Part shown: one piece after another, positions 9,143-18,616 of the stretch
Layout: each line of letters starts with the position of its first letter
Numbering within the stretch: position 1 is the stretch's first letter
Source: an uncultured Parabacteroides sp.
GTDB taxonomy: Bacteria > Bacteroidota > Bacteroidia > Bacteroidales > Tannerellaceae
Assembly: GCA_964580505.1 (NCBI GenBank)
Contig: CAZOKT010000001.1
Coordinates: 1-36,916 of the forward strand
DNA: 36,916 bases
Direction: 5' to 3'
Position numbers and translations under genes: made by a program
The notes under the pieces: generated by a model
The model's database searches: none
What the model was told of the DNA's origin: nothing
Seen by the model: only the letters and a program-made list of their open reading frames with translations

Positions 9143-10000
9143 TTAGCTTTTGGCAAGGCGGACATAATTCAGGCTGGTATATTTGATTCCTTTGAATTGA
9201 AAAACCCGGGAAATACGTGCCGAAGTGATGTGGATGATTTCCCCGATGCGGAAGGCGCGCTCCATAGCCGACAGGCGGCCGGACTCCATGCTGGGATTTA
9301 ATGCCGGAATGGCTGCCATCGCGCAGTTTCCGCTACGGTCTTTCAGGTAGAGCACCTGCGTGACGTAAAAATAAGTGCTGGTGCCCACCGTGCGCGTTTT
9401 GTACGGGTCATCTTGCAGGCGAATATGGGTAATCAGGAAGTGCAGGTCTCGCAGCGTCTCGCCTTTCTTCCCCAAGTAGAGCGAGCGGTTCTTCGCCTGC
9501 CGGTTCTTCTGCGTCATGCGTTCCAGATAGACCGAAACATAGGCCTGCGCCATGCTGACGAATCGCTCCTGCTTCTGGATTTTAGGCGTGTATTTGTTGG
9601 CAATCCAAATCAGGTAAGACGGGTCTATGCGGAGAATTTCATGCAGGTAATGCCCCCGATACTTCCCGAATCCAATCAAATCGTCGCCCTTCGTTGCCAT
9701 GCGCTTTTTGTTATATTCCACCAGAAAAAGTTTGCGGGAAGAATAAAAAAAAGCCGCGCTGACTTTGCGCAGCGATTCGAAGACGGAGACTGACAAATCC
9801 TCGAGATACAAAATGGAGGAGCGTTCGACGGTCGGCGCATAAAACCACAACGAATAGCACGCCTTGTCGGCATGCGGCAACACCACGAGATAGGCGCCCG
9901 CCGTCTTGTAAGACTCGCGCTCTTTGTTGTAGCGCAGCAGTTGTTCGTAGAGTTGCTGCTGCTGTTCTGCCGATAATCCGGGTATCTTCGGTCTGGCCAT
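9143..10000 (-). CDS. hypothetical protein with a DUF3820/exonuclease-X-C-terminal-like motif and a putative C-terminal OB-fold
   Basis: IGFGKYRG..LHEI...DPSYLIWI motif; C-terminal SLYLGKKGE...LKDRSGN...GEIIHI...FKGIKYTSLNYV beta-rich pattern. Confidence 0.7.
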   Translation of the reverse strand: MARPKIPGLSAEQQQQLYEQLLRYNKERESYKTAGAYLVVLPHADKACYSLWFYAPTVERSSILYLEDLSVSVFESLRKVSAAFFYSSRKLFLVEYNKKRMATKGDDLIGFGKYRGHYLHEILRIDPSYLIWIANKYTPKIQKQERFVSMAQAYVSVYLERMTQKNRQAKNRSLYLGKKGETLRDLHFLITHIRLQDDPYKTRTVGTSTYFYVTQVLYLKDRSGNCAMAAIPALNPSMESGRLSAMERAFRIGEIIHITSARISRVFQFKGIKYTSLNYVRLAKS

Positions 10001-10090
10001 ATTTTTTCTCTTTCGTTACGGATTCTTATAAGAGAAACACGGAATAAATGCATTTTGTTTGACGGAGGTATCCGCTTTTTCTGCGCTTTC

Positions 10091-10107
10091 CTGTCGCAGG
10101 ATTGCGA
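10091..10107. repeat. single TCGCA-N4-TGCGA palindrome matching the array core
   Basis: CTGTCGCAGGATTGCGA versus array CTGTCGCACGACTGCGA (15 of 17 identical). Confidence 0.55.
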
Positions 10108-10131
10108 GAAGACAACGCGAAAATATAAACT

Positions 10132-10178
10132 AAAACAAACAAGGCAGTGCTTCATGGTTCACACCAACAACACTGCCC
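10132..10178 (-). terminator. terminator of the RND-lpxA operon
   Basis: ggcagtg/cactgcc stem with inner pairing (tggt/acca); minus-strand tail ttgtttgtttt. Confidence 0.6.
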
Positions 10179-10198
10179 ACTTAATATATGAAAAAAAA

Positions 10199-10978
10199 TT
10201 ATTCGCGGATAATTCCTAAGCTGGAAGAGCTAACAAAGTCGATGATGTTTTGAATCTCTTCGCTCATAGGTACCTGGTTTTTAATCATCAGCAACGCGTC
10301 AAACACACTCGTATTACTCTGATAGAGGATACGGTAAGCATGGCTGATGTGCTTGATAATCTTCTCTGGGAAGCCTTCGTGCTCCATGACGTACGCATTC
10401 ACGCCGTAGTAGGAAACCGGCTCCTTCGCAGCGATGATGTAAGGCGGAACGTCCTTGCGGAAACGGCTGCCCGTCTGCACCATCGACCAGCGGCCGGCGC
10501 GCGTTCCCTGACTCATCAATACATTGCCTCCGAAGATAACGTTATCTTCCAACAGGCAGTTTCCGGAAATCTTGCCGCCGTAACCGATTACACACGAATT
10601 GGAAACCTGTGTATCGTGCGAAATGTGCACGCCCTCGTGGATGAAGTTCCCGTTCCCGATGCGCGTCTGTCCGCCCGCTTCGGTGGCACGGTTGATAACG
10701 ACATTCTCCCGAATCACATTATTGTCTCCGATGACAAGCAGCGTTTCATCGCCTTTATAATTGAAATCTTGTGGTTCAGCTGCAAGCACAGCATGCTGGA
10801 AAACGCGGTTGTTTTTCCCCAATCGTGCGCCACTAAGGATGCTGGCGTAGGGCATAATCTCACAATTGTCGCCTATTACCACATTCTTGTCGATATAGGC
10901 AAATGGATGTACCGTAACATTGTTGCCAAGCTCTGCGGCCGGGTCAACGTAAGCTAAAGGGCTAATCATAGCATTCAT
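10199..10978 (-). CDS. LpxA-like left-handed beta-helix acyltransferase (divergent paralogue)
   Basis: hexapeptide repeats, EPQD, IRENVVINR, HISHD (catalytic His), DVPPY, GVN and the helical C-terminal domain ending GIIR. Confidence 0.88.
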   Translation of the reverse strand: MNAMISPLAYVDPAAELGNNVTVHPFAYIDKNVVIGDNCEIMPYASILSGARLGKNNRVFQHAVLAAEPQDFNYKGDETLLVIGDNNVIRENVVINRATEAGGQTRIGNGNFIHEGVHISHDTQVSNSCVIGYGGKISGNCLLEDNVIFGGNVLMSQGTRAGRWSMVQTGSRFRKDVPPYIIAAKEPVSYYGVNAYVMEHEGFPEKIIKHISHAYRILYQSNTSVFDALLMIKNQVPMSEEIQNIIDFVSSSSLGIIRE

Positions 10979-10994
10979 TATTAGTGTTAATCAA

Positions 10995-12380
10995 TTATCT
11001 ACCCCCACCGACAGCACTGTACAGCGTGATAACCGCCTGTATGCGCTGGATATTGTCGGATACTTCAGTCAATTGCGCACTCAGCAAGCTCTGTTGCGAG
11101 GTGAGAATCTCCAGATAGGTAGCGTCGCCGCTTTGGAACAGCGCCTTTGTATATTCAACGGCCTTTTCCAGTTCCGAAACTTGCACCTTGTCATGTTCCA
11201 GCATCTTGTTTGTTGCCTCATAGAGATGCAACGCATTGCTCACTTCCTGACCTGCCTCTAAAATGGTCTGCTGATAATTCATTTTTGCGATTTCCTCTTC
11301 CGCTTTAGAGACTTTCAAGTTAGCCACCAATTGTCCGTTGTTGAAAATCGGCTGTGCCAAAGAAGCTAAAGCCTGAAACATGAATTGCCCCGGATTCGTA
11401 ACCGATACGCCATCCCCGTTTGTCCATCCTGCCGTAGCCGTGATATTGATACCCGGATAAAACGCTGCGCGAGCTTGGTTGGTCGTATAATACGCACTTG
11501 CCAAAGTCATTTCAGCCATCTTTACGTCCGGCCGGTTTTCCAGCAGCTGCAACGGAACGCCTGTAAGCAGTTCTTCCGGCATGATTTGTCCTTCCAGTGT
11601 GCCACGGTCGATTTGCTGCGGAGCTTTAGCCAACAACACAGACAATGCGTTCTCCGTCTCGCGCACCTGACGCTTCAAATCGATTAACGAAGCCTGAGTC
11701 TGTTCGTAGGTCGCGCGGGTCTGCGTAATGGCAGCCTCCGTGGTCATGCCGGCAGTCTTCATGGCTTCCATGACCCGTACATATTCCTTGTAGATGTCAA
11801 CTGTCTTGGCTGTGATTTCTACTTGGCGGTCTAACATCAACAGCGTATAATAAGTATTTGCAATGCCGCAGATGATTTGCGAACGGACAGCTTGCTGTGA
11901 GAATTGACTTTGCAGATAAGCAGTCCGCTGATTCCGGCTTGCGTTCAACAACTTGCCGAACAAATCAACTTCCCAGCTTGCGGAAGCTGCAGCTGTATAT
12001 GCTTTCACATACCCTGTGCTTTCCATCTTGGTAATTGTACCTTGCGGGTTCAAATTGATGGAAGGCAAGAATGCCAAACGCGCAGAAGTCAGTTGGACTT
12101 TCGCTTCTTCTACACGAAGTATGGCTGCTTGCATATCTACGTTGTTAGCTAATCCCTCTTCGATTAAGACTTGTAATTTCGGGTCGCGGAAAATCTCTTG
12201 CCACGGCAGATTTCCAATCGAAGTCGTATCCGAAACGGCCAATGTGTCTGTTGCCGAAATAGGGTCGCGATAGATGCCTTCAGTCGTAATGTCTTCCGGA
12301 CGATCATAAGCCTTATAAATGTGGCAACTGCTTAGCAATGCAGTTGCACACACCGTTATAACTATATTTCTTTTCTTCAT
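10995..12380 (-). CDS. outer membrane efflux lipoprotein (TolC/OprM/NodT family)
   Basis: lipobox LSSC; SWEVDLFGK, LLENRPDV, AFYP, LYSAVGGG motifs. Confidence 0.93.
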   Translation of the reverse strand: MKKRNIVITVCATALLSSCHIYKAYDRPEDITTEGIYRDPISATDTLAVSDTTSIGNLPWQEIFRDPKLQVLIEEGLANNVDMQAAILRVEEAKVQLTSARLAFLPSINLNPQGTITKMESTGYVKAYTAAASASWEVDLFGKLLNASRNQRTAYLQSQFSQQAVRSQIICGIANTYYTLLMLDRQVEITAKTVDIYKEYVRVMEAMKTAGMTTEAAITQTRATYEQTQASLIDLKRQVRETENALSVLLAKAPQQIDRGTLEGQIMPEELLTGVPLQLLENRPDVKMAEMTLASAYYTTNQARAAFYPGINITATAGWTNGDGVSVTNPGQFMFQALASLAQPIFNNGQLVANLKVSKAEEEIAKMNYQQTILEAGQEVSNALHLYEATNKMLEHDKVQVSELEKAVEYTKALFQSGDATYLEILTSQQSLLSAQLTEVSDNIQRIQAVITLYSAVGGGR

Positions 12381-12386
12381 ATTCTT

Positions 12387-15300
12387 TTATGATTTCTTTG
12401 CGTATTGTTCAATTTCTGTATTCATATCGCTATTATCCAAATCATCCCATTCAAGCGGTTTGATCTTCTCTTGCAAGTATTGGAATGCAACGAACAATAC
12501 CGGAACAATAAATATCTGGCAAATCATACCGATTAACATACCACCAATAGCAGATGCTCCCAGCGTACGGTTACCGTGAGCACCTACACCGAATGCGAAC
12601 ATCAACGGAAGCAAACCGATAATCATCGCCAACGAAGTCATCAAGATAGGACGCAGACGGGCACCGGCTCCTAACACCGCAGCCCAAGTCAAACTCATTC
12701 CCATACGGCGACGGTCGAGAGCGAACTCTACAATTAAGATAGCGTTCTTTGCCAACAAACCCATCAACATGATTAAGGCAATCTGCATGTAAATATCATT
12801 TGACATCGTTCCCATAATCATCTTTAATGCAGGAATGCTTCCCACCGAATTCATACCATTCACGAACAAGAAGCTACCGAGCAATCCGAACGGAATGGAA
12901 AGCAATACGGCAAGTGGCAACATATAACTTTCATACTGAGCACTCAGCAACAGATAAACGAATACCAGACACAACAAGAAGATAATACCTGTCGTATTTG
13001 TAGTTTGAGCCTCTTCACGCGCCATACCTCCCAACTCATAATCGAAACCAGCCGGCAGGTTTTGGTTTGCAACCTCTTGAATGGCTTGTAAGGCCTGACC
13101 GGAAGTATAACCGCTTGCCGGAGAAACCATCACCTGAATGGATGTATACAAGTTAAAACGGCTGATAACGTCCGGTCCGTAAATCTTCTTAAAGGAAGCG
13201 AACTGCGAAATAGGAGCCATTTCTCCATCGTCACCGCGTACCTTAATGCGGTTCAATGATTCTAAATTCTTCGTAGCTTCCGGTTCTGCCTGTATCAACA
13301 CACGATACATTTTACCGAAGCTGTTGAAGTTAGAAGCATAAATACCGCCAAAATACCCTTGCATGGTGGTTAAAATATCGCTCGGACTGATTCCGGCTTT
13401 CTTACAAGCTGCCGCATCAATCTCAATCTCGTATAGCGGGAAGTCCGGATTAAAGTTCGTAGATGCCGAATTAATTTCAGGACGTGCTTGCAATGCGTTT
13501 ATGTATGAAGTAACCACATCGAAGAAGTGATTCAAATCACCACCAGTCTTATCCTGCATGTTCAACTCAATATCCGTAGAAATTGAATAACCCGGAATCA
13601 TAGGCGGAGCAAAGAACAATACCTGTTGTGCATCCTTAAACAGTTTCTGCGAACGCATGAACAACGTTGCCACTACGATGTCCGAACTCTGCATCAGAGA
13701 ACGCTCTTCCCAGTCTTTTAGCTTGATGATGATAGAACCGTAGGATGGCCCCTGTCCGCTACCGATGAAGCTAAAACCGGAAATCACCGTTCGGGAAGCT
13801 ATAGCGGGGTCGGCTGCAATCAAACTATCCACCTGTGCTAATACTTCACGGGCACGCTCTTGAGATGTTCCCGGTGGTAATGTAACAGCACCCATGATAG
13901 TTCCCGTATCTTCATTCGGTACCATACCTGTCGGCGTAATATTCATAAAGACAATCAGCAAAATGATGGATGCAAGCACAGTAACAGCTGATAAAACTTT
14001 CTTCTGAATGAAAAACAATACGGCATTTTTATACTTGTTCAAGATAGATTCGAAAGAAGTATTGAAAGATTTCTTGAACTTATCTGTTGTCATTCCGAAG
14101 AATGCTAAAATAGCTATAAGAGCAAATATGAGGGTCAAAATAGGATATTCTTCGAAATTGAAGAAACCGAAAATCATCCCCACTACAGCTATTGCAGTGA
14201 AAAGAATAACGATACCCGGATGTAATAAGCGTCCGATAGCTTCGCTATATCGACGTATCATAATCTTACGAGATTCTTTCATTGCAACCCCTACCCGCTC
14301 TTTCAAGTTAGGAGCTTCTTCTCCCTCTTCCACATGTGGCTTTAGCAATATGGCACAAAGAGCCGGAGACAAAGTTAAAGCGTTCAATGCGGAGAATCCG
14401 ATAGCAAAAGCCATCGTCAAACCGAATTGTTGATAGAATGTACCGCTTGTACCTGACATGAAACTTACCGGGATAAACACGGACATCATCACCAAAGTAA
14501 TAGAGACAATCGCGCCGCCTAATTCATTCATGGCATCGATAGCGGCTTGTCTACTTGACTTATAACCTTGGTCAAGTTTGGCGTGAACTCCCTCCACGAC
14601 GACTATGGCATCATCGACGACTATGGCAATAGCTAATACTAATGCGGATAATGTCAACAAGTTCAAGCTAAATCCGATAATCTTCAAAGCAAAAAACGTA
14701 GCAATTAAGGATACCGGAATTGCAATAGTAGGAATCAAAGTAGAACGCATATCCTGCAAGAATACATACACTACGATGAACACCAAAATAAATGCCTCAA
14801 TCAATGTCTTGATTACCTCATGGATAGAAGCATACAAAAAGTCATTGGTAGTCATAGCGATGTCAATTCCAATACCTTCAGGAAGTTTCGTTTCGTATTC
14901 AGCAAGTACTTTTTGCAGGTTCTCGACAGTTTCTGTCGCATTAGTTCCTGCCATTTGGTAAACTACACAAGAAAGACCTTTGTGTCCGTTAACCGTATTA
15001 TTATAGTTATAAGTCTGACGTCCCAACTCCAAATCAGCTACATCGCCCAAACGAAGGACTTCTCCGTTAGAGAGCGATTTGATAACAATATTTTCAAATT
15101 CAGTTGTTGAAGACAAACGTCCTTTCCACTGAATGGTATATTGAAATGACTGATTACCACGCTCACCAAACTGTCCCGGAGCGGCTTCAATATTCTGCTC
15201 GGACAGAACTGACGAAATATCACTCGGAGTCAGACTATATTGAGCCATAATATCGGGCTTCAGCCAAATACGCATAGAATAATCCGTACCCATCACGCTG

Positions 15301-15827
15301 GCATCACCCACACCTTTTACACGTTTAATTTCCGGTATCAGGTTGATACTTGCGTAGTTTTCAATAAACTCAATGTTGTATTTATCTTCCTTGTCATAAA
15401 GGGAGAATACCATCAACATAGAAGTTTGGCGTTTCTGTGTGGTAACTCCGACTTGTGTTACTTCTGAAGGTAACAAACCCTGTGCTTGTGACACACGATT
15501 CTGTACATTGACCTGCGCCATATCCGGGTCGGTTCCTTGGTTGAAGTAAACCGTGATACGCGCCGAACCATTGTTTGTTGCTGTAGATTGCATGTACATC
15601 ATGTTCTCTACACCATTGATTTGGTCTTCCAACGGAGCAATTACAGAATTCAATACGGCTTGCGCATTGGCTCCCGTATAAGTAGCACTCACCGAGACTG
15701 TAGGTGGTGCAATGTCCGGATATTGGGTGACAGGCAATGTGGCCAGACCAATACATCCCAAGATTACCAACAAAATTGAAATTACGGTTGATAATACCGG
15801 ACGGTTAATAAATCTATCTAATTTCAT
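12387..15827 (-). CDS. RND efflux permease (HAE1/AcrB family)
   Basis: FINRPV, QYPDIAPP, proton-relay IVVDDAIVVVE, GLLAKNAILIVEF, RLRPILMTS. Confidence 0.96.
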   Translation of the reverse strand: MKLDRFINRPVLSTVISILLVILGCIGLATLPVTQYPDIAPPTVSVSATYTGANAQAVLNSVIAPLEDQINGVENMMYMQSTATNNGSARITVYFNQGTDPDMAQVNVQNRVSQAQGLLPSEVTQVGVTTQKRQTSMLMVFSLYDKEDKYNIEFIENYASINLIPEIKRVKGVGDASVMGTDYSMRIWLKPDIMAQYSLTPSDISSVLSEQNIEAAPGQFGERGNQSFQYTIQWKGRLSSTTEFENIVIKSLSNGEVLRLGDVADLELGRQTYNYNNTVNGHKGLSCVVYQMAGTNATETVENLQKVLAEYETKLPEGIGIDIAMTTNDFLYASIHEVIKTLIEAFILVFIVVYVFLQDMRSTLIPTIAIPVSLIATFFALKIIGFSLNLLTLSALVLAIAIVVDDAIVVVEGVHAKLDQGYKSSRQAAIDAMNELGGAIVSITLVMMSVFIPVSFMSGTSGTFYQQFGLTMAFAIGFSALNALTLSPALCAILLKPHVEEGEEAPNLKERVGVAMKESRKIMIRRYSEAIGRLLHPGIVILFTAIAVVGMIFGFFNFEEYPILTLIFALIAILAFFGMTTDKFKKSFNTSFESILNKYKNAVLFFIQKKVLSAVTVLASIILLIVFMNITPTGMVPNEDTGTIMGAVTLPPGTSQERAREVLAQVDSLIAADPAIASRTVISGFSFIGSGQGPSYGSIIIKLKDWEERSLMQSSDIVVATLFMRSQKLFKDAQQVLFFAPPMIPGYSISTDIELNMQDKTGGDLNHFFDVVTSYINALQARPEINSASTNFNPDFPLYEIEIDAAACKKAGISPSDILTTMQGYFGGIYASNFNSFGKMYRVLIQAEPEATKNLESLNRIKVRGDDGEMAPISQFASFKKIYGPDVISRFNLYTSIQVMVSPASGYTSGQALQAIQEVANQNLPAGFDYELGGMAREEAQTTNTTGIIFLLCLVFVYLLLSAQYESYMLPLAVLLSIPFGLLGSFLFVNGMNSVGSIPALKMIMGTMSNDIYMQIALIMLMGLLAKNAILIVEFALDRRRMGMSLTWAAVLGAGARLRPILMTSLAMIIGLLPLMFAFGVGAHGNRTLGASAIGGMLIGMICQIFIVPVLFVAFQYLQEKIKPLEWDDLDNSDMNTEIEQYAKKS

Positions 15828-15871
15828 TCTCTATCCTTAATTACTATACCTTATATACAATATGTGAGTTT

Positions 15872-17077
15872 TTAATTGAAGGCTGTTGCTAAATTTCCTT
15901 CATGTTGATCTTTTAACGCTTGCTGATATTTAGCAATTTGTTCTGCTTTTGTTATAGGAACAATCTTACGTCCATCTGACAACTGCTGGACACCTTCGAT
16001 AACGATCTTATCATTTGCCTTCAAACCACCTGTTACGATAAAGTTCTTTCCATCGTTCAACGGTGAGATTTGGATTTCCGTATATTTTACGGTACTATCT
16101 GCTTGGAGAACATAGACAAACTTCTTATCTTGGATTTCAACCGTAGCATTTTGCGGAATGATAATTACATCTTCCATTGTATATGGGAAGATAACATTCG
16201 CCATACCTCCACTTCGCAATACATTCGTCGAATTCGGGAAGATAGCGCGCATACTAACCGAACCGGTTGATTGTTCGATAACGCCACTCACAGCATCAAT
16301 CTTTCCTTCAAATTCATATATTGACCCATCTGCTAATTGCAATTTTACCGCAGGCATCTTCTCTAATTGCTCTTTTAAAGAACCTCCGGCACGGGTCAAG
16401 TTCAACAATTCTTTTTCAGTCATTGCAAAGTAAACGTACAAATCCTTGATTTCCGAAACTGTAGTCAGAGGTTCTGTGATGGATGAACTGACTAATGCTC
16501 CGATACGATACGGGAAAGTTCCGATGACACCGTCCGACGGACTTTTTACCGTACAGAAATCCAAATTTTGCTTAGCGCTTACCAAGGAAGCCTCAGCCTG
16601 TGCCAGGTTCGCTTTGGCAGTCAGCAAATCGTTCACCGCTGTCTGATACTCGAACGAACTGATGATTTGTTGTTCAAACAGCACGTGTTTGTTTTTCTCG
16701 GTCAATGTTTGTGTGGCCAACGCGGCTTTAGCCGTCTCAACAGCTGCTTCTGCCTGCTTCACAGCAGCATCATATTGCGTCGGGTCAATTAAAAACAAAG
16801 GTTGCCCTTTGCGAACGGTAGCCCCTTCGTCAACATACAACTTGACAATAAATCCAGACACTTGCGGACGAACCTCAATATCTTGAGTTCCTTTAATAGT
16901 CGCCGGGTAAGAGATAGTCTGATCACTTGAAGTCGCATTCAATGTAGTAACAGTAAATTCATCATCACCCATTTTTCCGCTTTGACTGTTTCCACAAGAG
17001 AAAAGGATAAACCCTGTCGTGCATATAGCTATGAGCTTTGACTGGGTTACTAAAAATTTCAGGAAATGTTTCTTCAT
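15872..17077 (-). CDS. RND periplasmic adaptor (membrane fusion protein)
   Basis: lipobox LFSC, IEVRPQVSG, VRKGQPLF, TVKSPSDG, TGSVSMRAIFPN; start MKKHF at 17077 preferred, 17116 is the alternative. Confidence 0.92.
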   Translation of the reverse strand: MKKHFLKFLVTQSKLIAICTTGFILFSCGNSQSGKMGDDEFTVTTLNATSSDQTISYPATIKGTQDIEVRPQVSGFIVKLYVDEGATVRKGQPLFLIDPTQYDAAVKQAEAAVETAKAALATQTLTEKNKHVLFEQQIISSFEYQTAVNDLLTAKANLAQAEASLVSAKQNLDFCTVKSPSDGVIGTFPYRIGALVSSSITEPLTTVSEIKDLYVYFAMTEKELLNLTRAGGSLKEQLEKMPAVKLQLADGSIYEFEGKIDAVSGVIEQSTGSVSMRAIFPNSTNVLRSGGMANVIFPYTMEDVIIIPQNATVEIQDKKFVYVLQADSTVKYTEIQISPLNDGKNFIVTGGLKANDKIVIEGVQQLSDGRKIVPITKAEQIAKYQQALKDQHEGNLATAFN

Positions 17078-17142
17078 ATTTTGTTTCGTTTGAAAATTAT
17101 TTTGCAATCTGCCCATTTACACCTCTTATTTTTATCAGGTCG

Positions 17143-17150
17143 CAAAGTTA
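17143..17150 (-). promoter_or_regulatory. -7 element (TAACTTTG) of the efflux operon
   Basis: TAnnTTTG match followed upstream by a very AT-rich tract. Confidence 0.6.
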
Positions 17151-17321
17151 TACGTTTTCTACCATTATTAGTCCTAATTGCCAACCTTTTTAACCTTATT
17201 TGAATATGAATTATATCATTTTCTCATAATTAATCTGCATTTTGGTATAAAATAAAAATATACTGTTCTTAATATAATCGCCTTTTGGACATCTTTTCTA
17301 TGCAAGTTTTATTCTTTGGTT

Positions 17322-18446
17322 TTATCGTTTAATCAGTACCGTGATTTTAAGAGCGAGGTCGAAAAAAACCATTTTGGCATTTACATTCTGACTGATATGG
17401 ATTTCTGCATTTGCTAATTCGTCCATCAGGTCGATGACGTTGCGCTCATTGACGAACGGCGAGAACTTGACGGCAAAAGTGGCCTCGTCTCGATTCATAT
17501 AATTCAGCTCCGGTGCCTGAAAGCGGTAAATGAAGTTCTCGCGTATCAACCGTTGGCAATATGCAAGGAAATTCTTTTGCTTTTCACGTCCGATAGAGGC
17601 GAGCATGTCAGCCTGTGCTTTCATCGCTTTCACATCCCGCTTCCATGAATTGCGCATAATGGTTTTGAACTGTTCCAAGAAAAATTGCGTCTCTTCGTTG
17701 ACGCTGATTGTCTCGATGGCGCGCAGGTAATTGCCATTGGCCAAGTGCGCTACGTATTTGGCATCTTCCGGTGAGAGTCCGTAGCGTTCCTGCATGGCTT
17801 GGGCGATGTCATTCGGCAGGATTTTGGGGATGGTTAACCGTTGGGTACGCGATTGGATAGTGCCTAACACCAAGTCCGGTTGTTCCGATACCATCAGAAT
17901 AGCAGTCTTGGCGGGCGGCTCCTCGATAATCTTCAGCAGCTTGTTGGCGCAGCTCAGGTGCAGCTTTTCCGGCAACCAGATGAAAAGTACGCGATATTCC
18001 GCTTCGTAAATCCTGAGATTCAGTTTATGAACAATCTCATCGCTCTCTTTGGAGTAGATGAGCGCTTGCGAATTTCCTGCGTCGATAGCGTCCAGCCAGT
18101 TATCTAAATTGAAATAGATGTTCTCGTGCAAGAAATTACGCCATTCCGGAAGGTAATCATTACACGTATCTTTCTTCTTTTCTCTTTTGGCTACGATGGG
18201 AAAAACGAAATGCAAGTCCGGATGCGCCAGCGCGTCATATTTCAAACAAGAGGGGCAATGTCCGCACGAATCGGTCTGCGTGCGCGCTGTACAATTCAAA
18301 TATCGCGCATACGCCAGCGCCAATGCAAAAGCACCCGTACCGCCTTTCTCGACAAACAGTTGCGCATGCGGAACCGTGCCCGACTGTGCCGTATGAATCA
18401 GATGCTGTTTAATCTCATTTTGTCCGATAATATCTTTGAAATACAT
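17322..18446 (-). CDS. holB: DNA polymerase III delta-prime subunit
   Basis: FKDIIGQ, PHAQLF, zinc module C...SCGHCPSC, HPDLHF, ANKLLKIIEEPP, TIQSR. Confidence 0.9.
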   Translation of the reverse strand: MYFKDIIGQNEIKQHLIHTAQSGTVPHAQLFVEKGGTGAFALALAYARYLNCTARTQTDSCGHCPSCLKYDALAHPDLHFVFPIVAKREKKKDTCNDYLPEWRNFLHENIYFNLDNWLDAIDAGNSQALIYSKESDEIVHKLNLRIYEAEYRVLFIWLPEKLHLSCANKLLKIIEEPPAKTAILMVSEQPDLVLGTIQSRTQRLTIPKILPNDIAQAMQERYGLSPEDAKYVAHLANGNYLRAIETISVNEETQFFLEQFKTIMRNSWKRDVKAMKAQADMLASIGREKQKNFLAYCQRLIRENFIYRFQAPELNYMNRDEATFAVKFSPFVNERNVIDLMDELANAEIHISQNVNAKMVFFDLALKITVLIKR

Positions 18447-18477
18447 ATCCTTTTTCTCTCGTTCTTTTAGTCAGGGA

Positions 18478-18485
18478 CAAAGGTA
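18478..18485 (-). promoter_or_regulatory. -7 element (TACCTTTG) for holB
   Basis: TAnnTTTG match 31 bp before the ATG. Confidence 0.65.
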
Positions 18486-18616
18486 ATAGAATTTGTTATA
18501 TGTTTCGAAAGAACGTCAGGAAAAAAGTGAATCTTGAATAACGTCATCGGCAGAAGTCGGGAGAGCGGAATCGAAGAGTAAAGATAGATTTGCAAATCTT
18601 TGTGGGTGAACCATGA

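Noticed and set aside
7611-10000. tRNA-anchored genomic island
   Set aside because: No integrase and no duplicated tRNA 3' end (att site) seen; the hypothetical genes lie on the 5' side of the tRNA.
10250-10957. 235-aa + strand ORF
   Set aside because: Antisense shadow of the lpxA-like gene.
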